From NCBI GenBank assembly GCA_031367385.1, contig JANLPS010000489.1, positions 1-64,000 on the forward strand: a DNA stretch of 64,000 nt, read 5' to 3'. Source of the DNA: Archangium sp. Its GTDB lineage: Bacteria > Myxococcota > Myxococcia > Myxococcales > Myxococcaceae. Shown one piece after another: positions 61,700 through 64,000 of the stretch (positions within the stretch are counted from its first letter, which is position 1; every line of letters starts with the position of its first letter). The translations under genes and the position numbers were made by a program. The notes beneath the pieces were generated by a model, which was not told where the DNA came from, did no database searches, and worked only from the letters and a program-made list of their open reading frames with translations.

Positions 61700-63967
61700 C
61701 TACTGCAACTCGATCGGTGACTCGAGCTTGCGGGTCAACAGCGGGATGGTCTCAGTCGGGTTCTTGTAGGTGAAGATGTTCACCGTTCTGCTGATGCTGA
61801 AGAACCCGATGCCAATTCGCCCGACCACATCAACGCTCACGTTGAGCCAGTTGATCGTTAGGTTCCACTGCAGGTCGCCGAGAATCGTGAGCTTGGTCAC
61901 CGCCATCGTGCCCGGGTCGGTGCCGGTCACGCCCCAGCGCAAGGTGGTGATCAGCGGCAGACCAAGCTCGATGATCTGCACGGTCGCGACCGCGGCGGCC
62001 TTGGCGATGAAAATGTCGATGCCGCCGGTGACGTTGCCCGTCAGCCCGACCGAGGGCGTGACCGTCGCTCGAAGCGAGCCGACGCTGGTCGCCGTCGACA
62101 GCTCAGGCGTCGCCGGGTCATTGCCGTCTTTCGCGCTGACGGCGAGCTCGGTGGTGATGCCGACGTTGCCTCCCACGCCGGCGGTGATGCCGACGCTGAC
62201 CGGCCCGAACCCGAACGACAAGCCGGGAAACTGAAAGGACTTCGCGACCATGAACGGCATCGAATAGGTCTGATCGGCGGTGCTGTTCTGATACCCGAAC
62301 ACGCTGGTGCCGAACGCCTCGACGCCCACGTCGACGAAGCTCGACTCTTTGGTGACGAGCGCGCCGCCCTTGCCGAAGGCGCGAAAGAGCTGCACCGAAA
62401 AGTCGCGGCCGATTTTGCCTTTGATTTCGACGACGCCCTCGGTGTCGGTGCGTGCGCCCCCCAGGTCGAGTGAGTTGGCGGTGCGAAGCCTCCCGATCAA
62501 CGCCACCCGCTCCGGGCTGCCGACGCTGCGCTCCCACGTCGAATCGAAGCTGTGTGCGGTCGCCTGGCCGGTCGGAGGCGTGGCCCGCACCACCCGAACC
62601 TTGAACGTCTTGCACTCGCCTTTCCCCGCTTCGCCTCCCACGGGGGCTTCGGCCTCTTGCTCTCCGGTGTTGCCACCCTCGGCGAAGCTCGCCTTGAGGC
62701 ACCCGCGAACGGTGAAGTCGTCATCGTTCGCCCAGGCGCCCAGCGGAGCGATCGCCGCCCGCGTCGCGCCTTCGACGTAGAGCGCGTGGGTGAAGGTGTT
62801 CTCGGAGCCGGGCTCGAGCTCGGTGAGGGTCAGCGCCGCCACGTGGGCCTCCGGGTCGGGGTTGGCGGGGTCGTCGATCATCAGCGGCAACCAGGCCGTC
62901 GGGCTGATCTTGTTGCTCGGCGCGAGCTCGTAGGTCATCGCCGCGGTGCCGGGCAAATCGTCGAGCGCGTTGAGCTCTGCGTTGGTCAAGCCGAACTTGA
63001 GGTCGGTCGCGATGGTCGGCACCTCAGCGATCAACTCTGGCGGGAGCTTCGAGACGTCGACCTGGTTCTTGTAGGGGTCTCTGCCGTCGATGACGAAGAC
63101 CGCGTTGATCAGCAAGAACGGCGCTTCAGACTCGCGGCCGCCATCTGGCACCTCGGGGTCTTTTTGCTTCGGCCAGACCACACCCACCGATGACTGCGGC
63201 CGCAAGCTGTCGAGCTTGACGTCGATCAACGTGCCGGCATCGCCCACCGGGGTCGGTGCGAGCGAGAGCATGTACACGCAGCCTTTGCCGGGGGTCGCGT
63301 TCGGCGCGTTCTGGGTATGGCAGAGCTGGTTGTCGGCATGCATCGCCGCGGCCGCTGAGAACACGACCGGTGGGGCGTCGGTGGTGGTGGGCGTGTTCGA
63401 GAGGCGGAGGCCGCGATCGAAGTCGACCGCGAGGTTGGCGACGGCGCCCGCTCCGACCCAGGCCGCGCACTCGGTGGTGGGGTAGATGTCGGCGTCGAAG
63501 ACCTGCTCGACGTTGTCTCCGACCAGCCTCAGCTCGATGCCGTTCGAGTCGCAGCTGCGAGGGTTGACCGGGTCGGCTGGGGTGGCTTCGACGAATGAGA
63601 ACGTCACCACCACCGGCGTCGTCGTCGGCTTGGCGAGGTCGGCGCTCGACGAGGTGATGCCGAAGCGAATCGGCAGCGGGTTGTTGAGATACAGCGGCTT
63701 GCTGAGGTCGTACTTGGGGTGAAGCGTGGTCAGCCTCGCGCGGGTGATGCGTGCGCCCGGAGTCACCGGAGCCGCCACGCACCCGCCATCGAGCTCGACG
63801 GTACCGGCGCCGCAGACGGGCGCCGATGGGGTCGCGACGCAGAAGCCCTCACGCTCGACGGTGCCGACGCCGCACTTCAGCGCGCTCGGAGTCGCTTGAG
63901 GCCCGCCACACGCAGATGAAAACAACGACACTACCGTCACGACAGCCACGCCAACCAGTCGTCTCAT
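61700..63967 (-). CDS. Large lipoprotein with Cys repeats and a C-terminal amphipathic beta-sheet region
   Basis: Lipobox SSAC; CGxGTVxxxGxCV twice; last ~280 aa are alternating Gly/hydrophobic strands. Confidence 0.75.
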   Translation of the reverse strand: MRRLVGVAVVTVVSLFSSACGGPQATPSALKCGVGTVEREGFCVATPSAPVCGAGTVELDGGCVAAPVTPGARITRARLTTLHPKYDLSKPLYLNNPLPIRFGITSSSADLAKPTTTPVVVTFSFVEATPADPVNPRSCDSNGIELRLVGDNVEQVFDADIYPTTECAAWVGAGAVANLAVDFDRGLRLSNTPTTTDAPPVVFSAAAAMHADNQLCHTQNAPNATPGKGCVYMLSLAPTPVGDAGTLIDVKLDSLRPQSSVGVVWPKQKDPEVPDGGRESEAPFLLINAVFVIDGRDPYKNQVDVSKLPPELIAEVPTIATDLKFGLTNAELNALDDLPGTAAMTYELAPSNKISPTAWLPLMIDDPANPDPEAHVAALTLTELEPGSENTFTHALYVEGATRAAIAPLGAWANDDDFTVRGCLKASFAEGGNTGEQEAEAPVGGEAGKGECKTFKVRVVRATPPTGQATAHSFDSTWERSVGSPERVALIGRLRTANSLDLGGARTDTEGVVEIKGKIGRDFSVQLFRAFGKGGALVTKESSFVDVGVEAFGTSVFGYQNSTADQTYSMPFMVAKSFQFPGLSFGFGPVSVGITAGVGGNVGITTELAVSAKDGNDPATPELSTATSVGSLRATVTPSVGLTGNVTGGIDIFIAKAAAVATVQIIELGLPLITTLRWGVTGTDPGTMAVTKLTILGDLQWNLTINWLNVSVDVVGRIGIGFFSISRTVNIFTYKNPTETIPLLTRKLESPIELQ

Positions 63968-64000
63968 TGTGCCCGTCGCTATGGCGTCGTCGATCGGGAG

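Overview
GC-rich bacterial chromosome segment, most likely Myxococcota. Evidence for this: a MYXO-CTERM-like tail, a Ser/Thr kinase-TPR protein, many lipoproteins with DAG/DGG linkers, and RsfS with a Lys-rich extension. It holds about 50 genes and no rRNA, tRNA, CRISPR array, transposase or integrase that I can recognise. Bases 1-3260 are a decaying stress/redox patch with four damaged genes. After that come an LRR protein, an aldo/keto reductase, an FAD/Rieske oxidoreductase, and a CHASE3 hybrid kinase-CheR-CheB-kinase operon with no chemoreceptor. Then two tandem Gly-rich surface lipoproteins, an MMPL transporter, glutaminase, a PA-domain metallopeptidase with a small partner lipoprotein, def, a kinase with a huge activation-loop insert and a PAS two-component pair. 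The remainder includes a LolA-like/OM-barrel pair, uppP, a PilZ protein with a long DSR repeat tract, metK, MlaC, a P450 and rlmH/rsfS. Best candidate for an undescribed system: the three-gene operon at 58815-63967, which looks like a split bacterial vitellogenin/MTP-like lipid-transfer protein plus a metalloprotease lipoprotein. Second candidate: a DUF4397-like lipoprotein (26148-27644) that appears to contain short peptides borrowed from unrelated families. All family calls come from motif recognition by eye; no searches were run.
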